Shown: one piece after another, positions 12,681-24,260 of the stretch
Layout: every line of letters begins with the position of its first letter
Numbering within the stretch: position 1 is the stretch's first letter
DNA from: Anthoceros angustus
Lineage: Eukaryota; Plantae; Anthocerotophyta
NCBI GenBank assembly: GCA_010909165.1
Contig: MU008195.1
Coordinates: 496,001-560,000, forward strand
Direction: 5' to 3'
Length of the DNA stretch: 64,000 nt
Made by a program: the position numbers and the translations under genes
Notes under the pieces: generated by a model
Told to the model about the DNA's origin: nothing
Database searches by the model: none
Seen by the model: the letters and a program-made list of their open reading frames with translations, nothing else

Positions 12681-13419
12681 GGGTTAAAAGCTTGGACCAG
12701 CTTGGTAACGGCAGCAGCGTGTTGGAGACTAGAGCTGGGATGGGCCTTTTCACTCGAAACATTTCGGAGGTTTGAGCCCACCTCTGGCTAGGTCTTAAAA
12801 TTTTGACCGGATACTTAGAATTTCAGTTGAAAATTTTAGACGCAAGGGAGCTTCTTTTGCTTCACAGCGTACATGAAGCTCATTGCGAGCCGAGGAGGAG
12901 TGGCAACATGGTGGGGGGCTGCTTACTGCCGGCGATGATGCGTCGACCAGGACATCAATTGTGGCTCCACGGATGCCGAGGTGAATGGCAACTTGTTCAC
13001 CACGATCCTGGTTGCAGTAGTCAGCCGCATTTGCCTTTTCAGTTGGCGAATAAGGAGGAAATTGCAACCTGTCGAGAGGTCCATGTGTAACGGGGGATAC
13101 ACCATGAGAAAGTAAGTAGTGGACTCCCCACCAGAATCAGGATGGTGCCTTGTAAGTAAAGCTTTGTGTGTCATGAGCTTTCACAACGTTCAGGAATTTT
13201 TCGGCCTTTAGTTACAACGCTCGAGGTGGCTTCCCTCACTCACCCAACTGTTAATAAGCAGAACTTCCAACTCAATGGTAAACTTCCAGGGACATCCCGA
13301 CATTCAGAGGAGTTCGTCGACCAATTGACATCGGCTCCCGACCTGGAAGAAAAGCTTGTTTACTAACAATCTGTCTGTTACAAAAACTTGAAGTCCTCGC
13401 AACACAGATCCATGGCGAA

Positions 13420-15333
13420 TTCTGAATCCACATAATGAACGTGCGAGGCATATCATTTCTCGGTCCACATGTGGATGCATAGGCAACAACCTGCCACAGG
13501 TTCAACCGCTGTGTACCAATCCTTCCTCCACTATCTCTGTGAAAGTTGGGCTTCCTGGCAAGCTCTTTAACTCCTTGCAGCGTCAGGTAGCAAGCTTGTA
13601 TCCATACGAACCTCAATCGCTCATGTCGGCCAGCGCAACCATACCAGCACCGCAACACATCGTAATATGAGCCCCGCGTGCCCTATTACAGCCATAGATA
13701 ATTCATACTTATGCATATCTTTCTGTCAGGAATGCACAACACCGATCATCGTACCTTCGTCTCCAAGGGCAATCCCGCATCTCAAGAGTGTGCATTTGTG
13801 CAAGCCCGCACTTGCAATAAGTCCTTTGTCACTGCACCCACAGTTGGTCAGCGTAACATGTTGCAAGTTCTTCCCATATTTCCCCAGATAATGCATGCCT
13901 TCGTCAGTTATGATTCCATTCGAAGGCGTATCGCCAGCAGATGGCCAATCTTGTGGCCATCGTGCACTTCAGCAAAGCTTTGAGCCTTGTTCAGTGTCTT
14001 GTTACGGTGCAGTTCCATAGCCTACACAGAGGCAACCAATGCCGTCAATTGGAAAGTCTCAGGATTCGAGCAAAATGACACTGCGCCATCATCCTTGCAG
14101 ACTTACACGACCATCCGGGGACTCCTTATGCACAAGGCAGATGCGAATGTCTCGAAGGCTTGGGCAATTGTCTGCTAACACCATCAGAGCCTCATCTGTC
14201 ATATCTGACGCATAGTACATGATTTTTTGGCAAGGAGCAACCATGCGATGCACACCATCGCTGCGGCGAGCAGGGCCATCCTCTTGCTGAACAGATAGTG
14301 TCGTAAATCTTTGCACGTACTACCCACGACTCGCATTCCAGCATCTCCAATAATGTCACTGTTAAACACACTGCGGTGAGAAAGTGGGAAGGCATTCCAA
14401 GGGCTGCAAATGCAAAGCCACCAAATTGAAAAGGTGGTGCGAGGATGTCACCTTAAGCTCCTGCAGCTGAGTGCATCCAGCAAGCATCTGACACAGTCCT
14501 CTCCTTCAATGTCAGCAAGAGTCAAATCCAGTCTCCTGAGCTGCGGACAGATGGGGAAAACGTCCGGAATCAACCACTCTTCCAAGCAAAGCTCCAACAG
14601 CCTGGTACATCGTGCAAGAGCCTGGCGCAGCTGGGACGTCAGGGCATAGGGTGGAAAATTGAACAAGTCCAACACCCCAGGCCAAGGTGGGTTACGACGG
14701 GCAGGAGTTCACCACGGCAGCTACGACCGTGGAGGCTCCAACGCATCCGACAGCCGAAGCACTTGACACCTCAAGCTGCACGATGGCCTGTTGGTCACCC
14801 TCGGCCTCGGATATCCACCCCCAATGCTGAGACACGTTAAGCGCTTGCAATTGTGCTCCAGCAGCGAGAGCCAATTGGACGGCCTCCTCACAGCCTTCAA
14901 CGCTCGACTCGCCCAAATCCAGCGTGAGGGGACCTGCAACATGGGCCGTCGGTCCCAAGCTGCAAGGGCGAGGCGAGAGCACAGAGCCGGGCGCACTGCA
15001 CCCGCAACGTGCTCCAAACCGCGTGCGAGAACCCATTGCACTGACAAGGCAGAGCGATCAGATCAGGGCAACAGGCTCAGCACGAGGTCCGCATCGGTCA
15101 CAATCATGCGCTTGAGCTTCAAATGCTGCAGGTTGGAGTGATAGCGATCCGCAGCGACCCAGGCGCGAGACGGCCAGCTCCGCCCTGGGATGAGATCGTA
15201 GTCCGTGACCCGAGGCTTGCCTTGATGTAGAAGGAGGTGGCCAGCGGCTCGGTCGGGTGCACACGAGCGGGGAGGGCGCTCCTCCACCACTCCACAGAGC
15301 AGTTGGCGGATTGATGTCTTGGCGATTAAACAA
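13420..15333 (-). pseudogene. TIR1/AFB/COI1-family F-box + LRR gene, near full length, multiply frameshifted, inside the CACTA
   Basis: GKPRVTDYDLIP; LQHLKLKRMIVTDADL; DIIGDAGMRVVGSTCKDLR; YYASDMTDEALMVLADNCPSLRDIRICLV; IITDEGMHYLGKYGKNL; LEMRDCP; LRFVWIQAC; YASTCGPRNDMP. These motifs are colinear with TIR1/COI1. Confidence 0.85.
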
Positions 15334-17305
15334 GCCGTCGGAATGTTTTGGCGGATCGGGATTCTCAGGTTATGAAAATTAGTGTGCAGCCCGGTAAAAA
15401 ACCGCTTGATGTCCTACCTGTGACTCTTGTGATTTGGGCTCACATATTCGCGTTTCAATGCTTGCGCAAGTGAGCTCGCATCACCTTCACGCCGATTAAA
15501 CCTCTTCTCCCATCCTCTCAATCGCATCGCTTCTTCATTGCAATCGCATTCGCCCGCTGCGCGACAGCACCTTTCTTCGCAGAGTCTTCAAGACTTAGAC
15601 CCGATCCGCCCACCGCCCACCGCCCATGGGCGCAAAAGATCGGGGCCGGCGCCCGCGCGCTCCCCTGGGTCGGGGATCCCCGCGCCTTGTGGCGGTTGAG
15701 AGACTTCAAGTTCTCCCACAGATTCGATGCCACCGTGCAGATCTCCTCACGCAATGGAGGTGGGCATTCCTCGCCCCACCCGCTCCTAGATGCCGAGTAC
15801 TGGTGGGAAATTTGAAGGATTCGGCGGTACGCCAACAAGCGGGTGGTGGTCTGGCGTATCACATGGAGCAGATACACATCGCTGCGTCTCGTCCGCGGTC
15901 CGCAAGATACGCCGAGACGCCGGAATCGCCTTCTTCCGATAACACGCCGATTAGGTCCGGATTGCGGCGGGCTATGGGCTCAAGTCGGGAAGGTGCGGGC
16001 TAAGAGCGAAGCTTGGGTGGCGGCCACGGTCCGGCGCTTTGTAGGTGCGGGCTAAGAGCGGGAAGCTTGGGTGGCGCCACGGTCCGCTTAGTGTTTGATG
16101 TTGCGTTGAGCTCTGCGGCTCTCGCATCAAGACTGGAGTAGCGCACATTCATTCCTCCGGATGCCTAAGCCAGGCAAAAGCTAGAGTTCCATGCGGTCGG
16201 ACCGGGACGACACGTGCATTGGCGGCCCTCCTCGGGTGAAATTCAGCCGATCACGAGGTGAGTACGCCGCCGCCGATGACTAGGAACTTGCATCTGGCTG
16301 GAAAGCTGCTGGGTGAGAAGCCATCAGACCTGAAAGAGACGTGGAGGAGAGTCAAGCAATCTAGAGCCCAATCTAGAGCCCAGACATCTACAACAGACAA
16401 CTTGGTTGAAGAAGAGCAGAGGCTGTCAGATGGGGAGTCAAATAGTCCACCAACAACAACTCGTAGCAAAGCTACCCGAGGACGAGGGAGGCGCGGGATG
16501 AGCGTTTCAAGCGTGTGCGTAAAGGTTGTGGAAGATGATCTTTGTGAGAGGGGGCAGGGAGACAAGACTGGAAGGGGCGGAGGAGGGGGGCTGGGGCAAA
16601 GTAAATGGAGTGGCAAAGGCTAAGGCAACACAGAATATCAAGGCTAAGGCCGACTCCAGGATGACATGCATTGAAAGTGAAACGGAGAGTGAAGATACCC
16701 AACTCGAAACGACAAGATAGAAGAGACGAGAGAGAGCGGTGACGCATGGGGATGATAGAGGAGCGATTGCGGACGGCAAGGACAAGGTTGCGGAGTGTCC
16801 CCGTGGAACAAGCGAGGAGGTATGGGAGGTGCTTACAACCTCCCGAGGTTTCATGGAGGCGTCGGCGGAGGGGGCAAACTATTCAGAGGAGCTAGAAAGC
16901 ATGGCAGCCTAACCATGGTGCTGCGGATTTTGTCCAATGCGCAAAGGAGTGTGAGCGGCATGTGGCTGGCAACTTTGTGTCTCGACAGAAGTTTGGGGAG
17001 GCAGGCTTTCGGGAGATGCCGGCATGGGTTGCCGAACTTGCTCACGGAGCCCCAACGTCAATCGAGGAGGGGCCAACAAATCGCCAGAGCTGACGTGAGA
17101 GCTTGACCATGTTGCTGGATTTTGTCTCACCCAATGGACTATGAGCGACATGTGCCGCTCACCCTACTCCTCGAATCTTGCTCCAGGTTCGTGCATGTGC
17201 TCAAGGCTCTGAAATTCCAGCCATTTCTGTTGACAATCCGCGATTCAAGTCCTTGCGGCAGTATGTGACCTCTAAGCGGCATGTGTTGTTGAGAAGGCAC
17301 GAGGT

Positions 17306-18623
17306 GTGTCGTGGTCAACTCTTGATGACCCAGCCTCACCGAGTGTTGTGCCCAACCAGTTCGAAGAGCGCATCCTAGTGGTGAATGCTCCTCCTGCCCC
17401 TAAGTCCAATGGCCCTGTGGAATCTATGAGGATCAATGTTGGGCTGGGTGCTCCTCATGGGCTTCCTTACACAGATGTTTTGTTGCGTGATGAGGTGTTG
17501 GAAGTGCTTGACAGTCAAGCAGGAGGTCCTGAGTCCATCCTCAACATAAAGGGAACATCTTCCACTGCTGAGAGAACTCCACTTCCTTCTGTGGTTCGAG
17601 GTCCAAGCAACAAGAGAGTGAGGGCAGATGCACAGGAGGGGCATATTGCACCACAAAGGAAGAACCGAGCCACGTGGCGGCGCCGATTTTTGACGCCTCA
17701 TTCTTGGTTCCACAGAGGACATATGTCCCATGACAGTGCATGTCTCCCTCCTTGTCCAGTCTCTAATATAGATGGTTTCGTCATGTCATGTCTTTGGGTG
17801 CCTAGATTTATATTCACGAATTTTAGTCATGTGATTCAGTTGTGCTATCTATCTGTGCCTAAATTATTGTGTTGTTATTGCAGTGGATCAAGCATGATTC
17901 GACTCCTTTCTACACATGAAGGACCAATGTCATTGGAGCATGAAGTTTTTTGCAATCCTCTGTGTCTATCTTTTGATGATGAGCCACCGCAACCAAGTTA
18001 CTCGTGGAGACTAACCTCCGAGGGTGTCGACCTTGGGAAATGGAGGCTATTACATTGCGCTTTTCTCTAATACCTCCTTGAAATTTTGGAGGAACAATCT
18101 TAGGGTCTCACGTGGTTTTCTAGCCGGTGAAGAAGAGCAAGCCCAAGTCCGTGAAGGAAGAGCATTGGCAAGTCCTCCTCCAGCAAGAGAGGGACAAGAT
18201 AGATGGAGTAGTCGCCCCTCCCAAAGAAAAGATGGTCATGTGAGAAGGAAAGAGGTGGAGATACTCGGACTCATGCTTTTGGTTTGGGTGGTCGAAGGTT
18301 TTGTGGCTCGTTTTAAGCGCAGGTTTGAAAGGGATCCCACCCACTCTGAAATTGAGGTTGTGGCACGAAACCCTGGCAATTGGCTAAAAAAGCTTGCTGC
18401 CTATTGGAAGGAGTCTTCCATGCCAGCACCTCGTGTGGTTCCCATGTTTGATCGAAAAGGGAAGAAGGAGAAGGCAGTCACCATGTGGAATGATTTGAGA
18501 GGTGCTGGCTATTCTATGAGAAAGTGTGATGAGGAGGTCATGCAGGCAATCTTGAACAAGAGTGTGAAGGATGATGGCTTTTTGGTGAATCATTGGAATC
18601 CACGTCGGCATGAGGAAGAGTAG
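17306..18623 (+). pseudogene. Unidentified CACTA-internal ORF remnants (possibly TnpA/ORF2-like)
   Basis: Overlapping 254 aa and 199 aa ORFs; FVARFKRRFERDPTHSEIEVVARNP weakly recalls CACTA accessory proteins; position lies inside the TIRs. Confidence 0.25.
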
Positions 18624-18942
18624 AAACCGATTCTGATTGTTGGTATTGGACTCACCTCAATGTACCTTGTTTGAAAGCTGAGTTGGTTGTTGATAAGATG
18701 TTGATGTTCACTTTCATGATCCCATTTTGCGGGCTAGTCGTGTGTTTAGGGTGGAGGAATGAAGAAGGAATCCAGAATCGTAGGTGCAGATGCTTCTCTT
18801 AAAGTAGACCAATGTAGAGTTCAGGGCACCGGAGAGTATTAATACAGCAGCATTCCCTGTAGGGCATTTTTGGGGAACTTGACTATAGCCCTACATATTG
18901 TTTGCAACAGCATATTGAGCAGGAATTATTTTTTATATTTTA

Positions 18943-19225
18943 CAACAATTAATATCAAAATTTACAACGGAATTAAAAGGAGAATTTACAATGGAATTAA
19001 AAAGGAGAATTTGAAACAAAATTAAAAGGAGAATTTACTACTGAATTAAAAGGAGAATTTACAATTAAAAGGAGAATTTACAATGTAAGAGAATTTACAA
19101 TGTAATTTAGAAGGAGAATTTACAATGTAATTAAAAGGAGGATTTACTACTGAATTAAAAGGAGAATTTACAACAGAATTAAAAGGAGAATTTACAACGG
19201 ACTTTACAATGGAATTTAAAGCCGA
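18943..19225 (+). repeat. AT-rich minisatellite (GAATTAAAAGGAGAATTTACAA-like, ~20-24 bp)
   Basis: About 10 imperfect copies visible. Confidence 0.85.
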
Positions 19226-19399
19226 ATTTAGAACAGTTAGAATTTTTGGCGGAAATGGTTTGAATTTTGGTGGAATTGGTTTGAATTTTAAACCAGTAAT
19301 TAATTAACTATAGTTACAATACTTGAGTTAATTAACTCTAGTTACTTAATCCCGATTAAAACCATAGTTAACTAAGCATTGTTAATTAACGAAGATGTT

Positions 19400-19852
19400 A
19401 ACCATGATTAGTTTGTTGTAAATTGCATATTGTAATGTCCAGAGTAGATGTTTTGTTGTAACTTCCAAGAGTAAATGATCTATTGTAATTTATGGTAGTA
19501 GATATCCTATTGTAATTTATAGTAGTAAATAACTTGTTATTAAATATAGTAGTAAATGTCACGATGTAATATGTAGTAGTAAATATCCTGTTGCAATATC
19601 CGAGTAAATTACCCTTTGTAATGTATAGTCGTAAAATACGTGTAGTAATGTACATTGTAATAAGGTATACAGCGTATAAATACATATATACCGTATAAAT
19701 TATTTTATACATACGTATATACAATATTTGGTCATTTACAACAACCCTCTAATGCTATGTGTTTACAACGGCCTTTTTTACAACACCCGTTGTAAAAAGG
19801 TAGTAAAAGTCGTTGTAAAAGCCGTTGTAAAATACGTCTTTTTCCAGTAGTG
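19400..19852 (-). repeat. CACTA right subterminal repeats and TIR
   Basis: Multiple GTTGTAAAA/GTAGTAAAT motifs, inverse to the left-end TTTTACAAC, ending in CCAGTAGTG. Confidence 0.85.
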
Positions 19853-20328
19853 ACGCCATTACGCAATGGATATGGGCGCTCCCGGTACGGAAAAAATCCG
19901 CTCTCCATAGTTATCGAAAACATGACGTCGCGAACGGCGTCATGCTAGTAATACGTTGCCCCCTCCACGGGATAACGGGCCAAATGGGATCCGGACTCGT
20001 CGATGGCAGCTCCACAACTGCACGTGGAAACAGAAGAGGCCAGAGGATGAGCCAAACCGAGGCGGACCCTCATCGCGGTCGAAAAGGACGCTGGTGCGAT
20101 TCGGAACGCCGGAATGCAAGGCCGAGCCAAAAGCCAGGAGCCTGCCCCCTTCCCTGAACAGGAACCCGGGCGGGCCCGCGAAGACATGGGAATGGAGGAG
20201 TCCAGAAGGAGGGCCCTTTGCGCCTGTAAATATTGCTTCTCCTGGAGAGAGGTTTGAAGACCATGCAACCCTTCCTTAGAGAAAGAGGAAAAAGGAGGCA
20301 TGGCTTCCCTAGCCTCTGAGGAAAGGGA
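19853..20328 (-). mobile_element. Inverted internal segment of copy B, proximal half (post-RT region and CCHC-type motif)
   Basis: Minus strand: SEAREAMPPFSSF...GSWLLARPCIPAFR...TAMRVRLGL...CSCG...SGSHLA...HDAVRDVMFSITMESG. Confidence 0.85.
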
Positions 20329-20765
20329 GACGGCCATGTTTTCATCCCCCTCGCCCTCGAGACTCATGGGGCTATGGGCAAGGACTTCTCTAGGTTAATT
20401 AAGGAGTGTGCAAAAGCCTATCACAGCCACAGGAATTGGAGGGGCCTCCCCCTTTCCTCCGTGGTGGCTTTCTTTCGCCAGCGGGTTTCTATAGCTCTGC
20501 AGAAAGCGCTGGCTAACGTTATTTATAGGACGGCTACGTGCGCAGGACTAGCGGCTTCTTCGGCACCGGTGGTAGGTAGGCCCTTCATCATCCCCGATCA
20601 CGATATCCTTGGTGCAGTAGGTAGTTACGGGAAAGGCATTCGAGGGGACTAGGACTTCCCCTTTTACTATTAGCCCTTTTTGGGTTGTTCCTCCTCGGTC
20701 TTCAGGGGTAAATGGGATTCCCCATCTCGTCTATTAATAACGTCTACTCTTCACACATTCTTTTT
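20329..20765 (+). mobile_element. 3' end of CRE-like copy B (RLE C-terminus and 3' UTR)
   Basis: DGHVFIPLALETHGAMGKDF...FFRQRVSIALQKALA; stop at 20652; 3' UTR resembles that of copy A (TTTGGTTGT..CCTCCT...TTCCCATC). Confidence 0.85.
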
Positions 20766-21059
20766 TAGTTTTAGGTCTCTTTTTGACTTATATTTTTTAA
20801 GTACCCTATACCTAATAGCCAACAATGGAAAGAGTGGGGTACCCGAGACTTGGCGTGACTTGTTTCCCTGAGTTACCTAAATAAGTAAAATATTTGTGTT
20901 TGTATGAGGGAGAGCTCATTTTGAAGAAGCAGCCAGAGAGCAGATGTCATGCCACATCTATGAGGACAAACTCCGCAATGTGGTGATACTTTCATGCGGT
21001 GAGGCTCAGTTTTGTGACAGCTATTTGGCTGAGCATTGTAAGACAAATCGAACATGCCC

Positions 21060-24000
21060 AACTTGCATATTCACAATTAGGTAAGTTTGGCATTGCAAGA
21101 TTCACATGGGATCCTTGCGCATGTGAATCTCTTTGAAACAACCTTGGACTTTGCTGAATTAATATTCGGTTCATGTGTGATCTTTGCTTTTTTTTATGCA
21201 CCAGTCTAGGCAAATCTTTCGTGGAATCAAAATCGGAAGGATATAGTTTTCTCTTGGTGCTTAATTGAATTATCTTTAAAAATATCATGTGTTGTACATA
21301 CAACACAAAGAACATATATAGCCTTCAACATGGGGCTTAAGACCTTGGTCTTCGAACTTCGTAAAAAATTTAATTGAAAGGGGCTTAAGACCTTGGTCTT
21401 TAAACCTCGTAAAAAATTTGGTTACAAGGGGCTTAAGACCTTGGTCTTCGAACCTCGTAAAGACTTGATTACAAGGGGCTTAAGACCTTGGTCTTCGGAC
21501 CTTGTAAGAAAATTAAAATGAAAGAATGGATCATGCATATGCATTCTAAACCGAACGGGGTTGCATCTCCCCATACACCTGTACCATATGTAGCTTTGTG
21601 TGCCAAGAACACTACGCGAGTTGCTGATGAAGAGCTGGGATTACGTTAAACTAGTTTGGGTTTGGTTACTCAACGAACGTGCCAATGACTGCAAATACTA
21701 TCCATGGGAAATAAAAATGTGAGTGAGGTTGAATGGCTTTGCTCATGAGGGACTCCCCAAATTGTGCTTCTTGCAATTCTAGATTCCAAGCAATTAGGCA
21801 GCACACTGGCGAGTTTTCGTTGTGTGACCACTCTGCACAACAAACACAAGTTGGCTAATGACACCAGCTTGAATTAAGGCTGTTCTTTTTACTTCTACAT
21901 CGAATGTGGCTGTAGTGTCACTGTTTTCGGGCCCATACAGAGCTCGCTGAGTGGAAGCACAGACCTCTGTGCCCATGTGCCGAATGAGGGTCAAAATTCT
22001 TGCCTTGCATTTGGCCCTAAGAGCCAACATGTCCGGATCCTTGCCCACTAGCTTGTCCAAAACGCGCAATGCCAGCTCCTTGTTCAGCTTGCAGTTCTTT
22101 GACTTTGCATCACAAGTTACCCTATGGGAGCAACCGTCTAGGGTGGAAACTATATAACGGCACACTAGTTAAACACTAACCGCGACTAGCTTGTAGTGTT
22201 CACCCCCTTCGAAAGATACCGTATTGAGTGTGAAACTCTTTAAAATAACCTTCGACTTCGCTAAACTAGTATTCGCCGCACTCCGTTCACATGGGATCCT
22301 TGAGGGTGTGAATCTCTTTGAAACAACCTTGGACTTTGCTAAATTAATATTCGGTTCATGTATGATCTTTGCTTTTTTTTATGCACCGGTCTAGGCAAAT
22401 CTTTCTTGGAATCAAATACGAAAGAATATAGTTTTCTCTTAGTGCTTAATTGAATTATCTTTAAAAATATCATGTATTGTATATACAACACAAAGAACAT
22501 ATATAGCCTTCAACATGGGGCTTAAGACCTTGGTCTTCGAACCTCGTAAAAACTTGGTTACAAGGGCTTAAGACCTTGGTCTTCGAACCTCGTAAAAAAC
22601 TTGATTACAAGGGGCTTAAGACCTTGGTCTTCAAACTTTGTAAAAACTTGGTTACAAGGGCTTAAGACCTTGGTCTTCGGACCTTGTAATAAAATTAAAA
22701 TGAAAGAATGGGTCACGCATATGCATTCTAAAACGAACGGGTTGCATCTCCCCATACACCTATACCATATGTAGCTTTGTGTGCCAAGAACACTACGCGA
22801 GTTGCTGATGAAGGGCTTGGATTACGTTAAACTAGTTTGGGTTTGGTTAATCAACGAACATGCCAATGACTGCAAATACTATCCATGGGAAATAAAAATG
22901 CGAGTGAAGTTAAACAGCTTCACTCATGAGGGACTCCCGGAATTGTGCTTCGTGCAATTCTAGATTCTGAGCAATCGGGCAACACACTAGCGAGTTTTCG
23001 TTGTGCAACCACTCTGCACAGCAAACACAAGTTGGCTAATGACACCAGCTTGAATTAAGGCTGTTCTTTTTACTTCTACATCAAATGTGGTCAGAGTGTC
23101 ACCGCTGGGCCCACAGAGCTCGCTGAGTGGAAGCACAGACCTCTGTGCCCATGTGCCGAATGAGGGTCAAAATTCTTGCCTTGCATTTGGCCCTAAGAGC
23201 CAACATGTCCGGATCCTTGCCCACTAGCTTGTCCAAACGCAGCAATGCCAGCTCCTTGTTCACTTGCAGTTCTTTGACTTTGCATCACAAGTTACCCCGG
23301 GAGCAACCTAGGGTGGAAACTATAACGGCACACTAGTTAAACACTAACTCATGGATTAGCTTAGTGTTCACCCTTCGAAAGATACCGTATTGAGTGTGAA
23401 ACTCTTTAAAATAACCTCTGACTGCTTAAACTAGTATTCGCGTGACCCGGGCTCACATGGGATCCTTGAGGGTGAATCTCTTTGAAACAACCTTGGACTT
23501 TGCTAAATTAATATTCGGTTCATGTATGATCTTTGCTTTTTTATGCACGTCTAGGCAAATCTTTCTTGGAATCAAATACTAAAGAATATAGTTTTCTCTT
23601 AGTGCTTAATTGAATTATCTTTAAAAATATCATGTATTGTATATACAACACAAAGAACATATATAGCCTTCAACATGGGGCTTAAGACCTTGGTCTTCGA
23701 ACCTCGTAAAAACTTGGTTACAAGGGCTTAAGACCTTGGTCTTGAACCTCGTAAAAACTTGATTACAAGGCTTAAGACCTTGGTCTTCAAACTTTGTAAA
23801 CTTGGTTACAAGGGCTTAAGACCTTGGTCTTGACCTTGTAATAAAATTAAAATGAAAGAATGGGTCCATGCATATGCATTCTAAAACGAAGCAGGTTGCA
23901 TCTCCCCATACACCTATACCATATGTAGCTTTGTGTGCCAAGAACACTACAGGTTGATGAAGGGCTTGGATTACGTTAAACTAGTTTGGGTTTGGTTAAT

Positions 24001-24260
24001 CAACGAACATGCCAATGACTGCAAATACTATCCATGGGAAATAAAAATGCGAGTGAAGTTCTTCACTCATGAGGGACTCCGAATTGTGCTGCGGTTTCCC
24101 CTAGATTCGAGCAATCCCGGGCAACACACTAGCGAGTTTTCGTTGTGCAACCACTCTGCACAGCAAACACAAGTTGGCTAATGACACCAGCTTGAATTAA
24201 GGCTGTTCTTTTTACTTCTACATCAAATGTGGCTGTAGTGTCACTGTTTTCCGGCCCACA
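21060..24260. repeat. ~1.18 kb tandem repeat (~2.7 copies), each with a 47-48 bp x4 minisatellite and a degenerate minus-strand ORF
   Basis: CACATGGGATCCTTG at ~21104, ~22288 and ~23455; GGGGCTTAAGACCTTGGTCTT at 21332, 21380, 21428 and 21475. Confidence 0.9.
21650..22165 (-). pseudogene. Possible armadillo-repeat gene fragment within the 1.18 kb unit
   Basis: KRTALIQAGVISQLVFVVQSGHTTKTRQCAA resembles an ARM-repeat consensus; stops and frameshifts follow. Confidence 0.3.

Larger units (their letters stand above)
9344..19852. mobile_element. Non-autonomous CACTA (En/Spm) DNA transposon carrying captured gene fragments (Pack-CACTA)
   Basis: Left TIR CACTACTAGGAAA at 9344 (duplicated at 11250); right TIR TTTTTCCAGTAGTG ending at 19852 (11/13 match); 3 bp TSD ACG on both sides (9341-9343, 19853-19855); TTTTACAAC subterminal repeats at the left end and GTTGTAAAA/GTAGTAAA at the right end; no TnpD transposase motifs recognised. 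Confidence 0.92.

Noticed and set aside
12800-13400. Possible additional captured exon between DUF616 and the TIR1/COI1-like gene
   Set aside because: Exon-like composition but no family recognised
2590-20765. rDNA, snRNA or spliced-leader target sites for the RLE elements
   Set aside because: No rRNA, U2 or SL-like sequence seen at any junction
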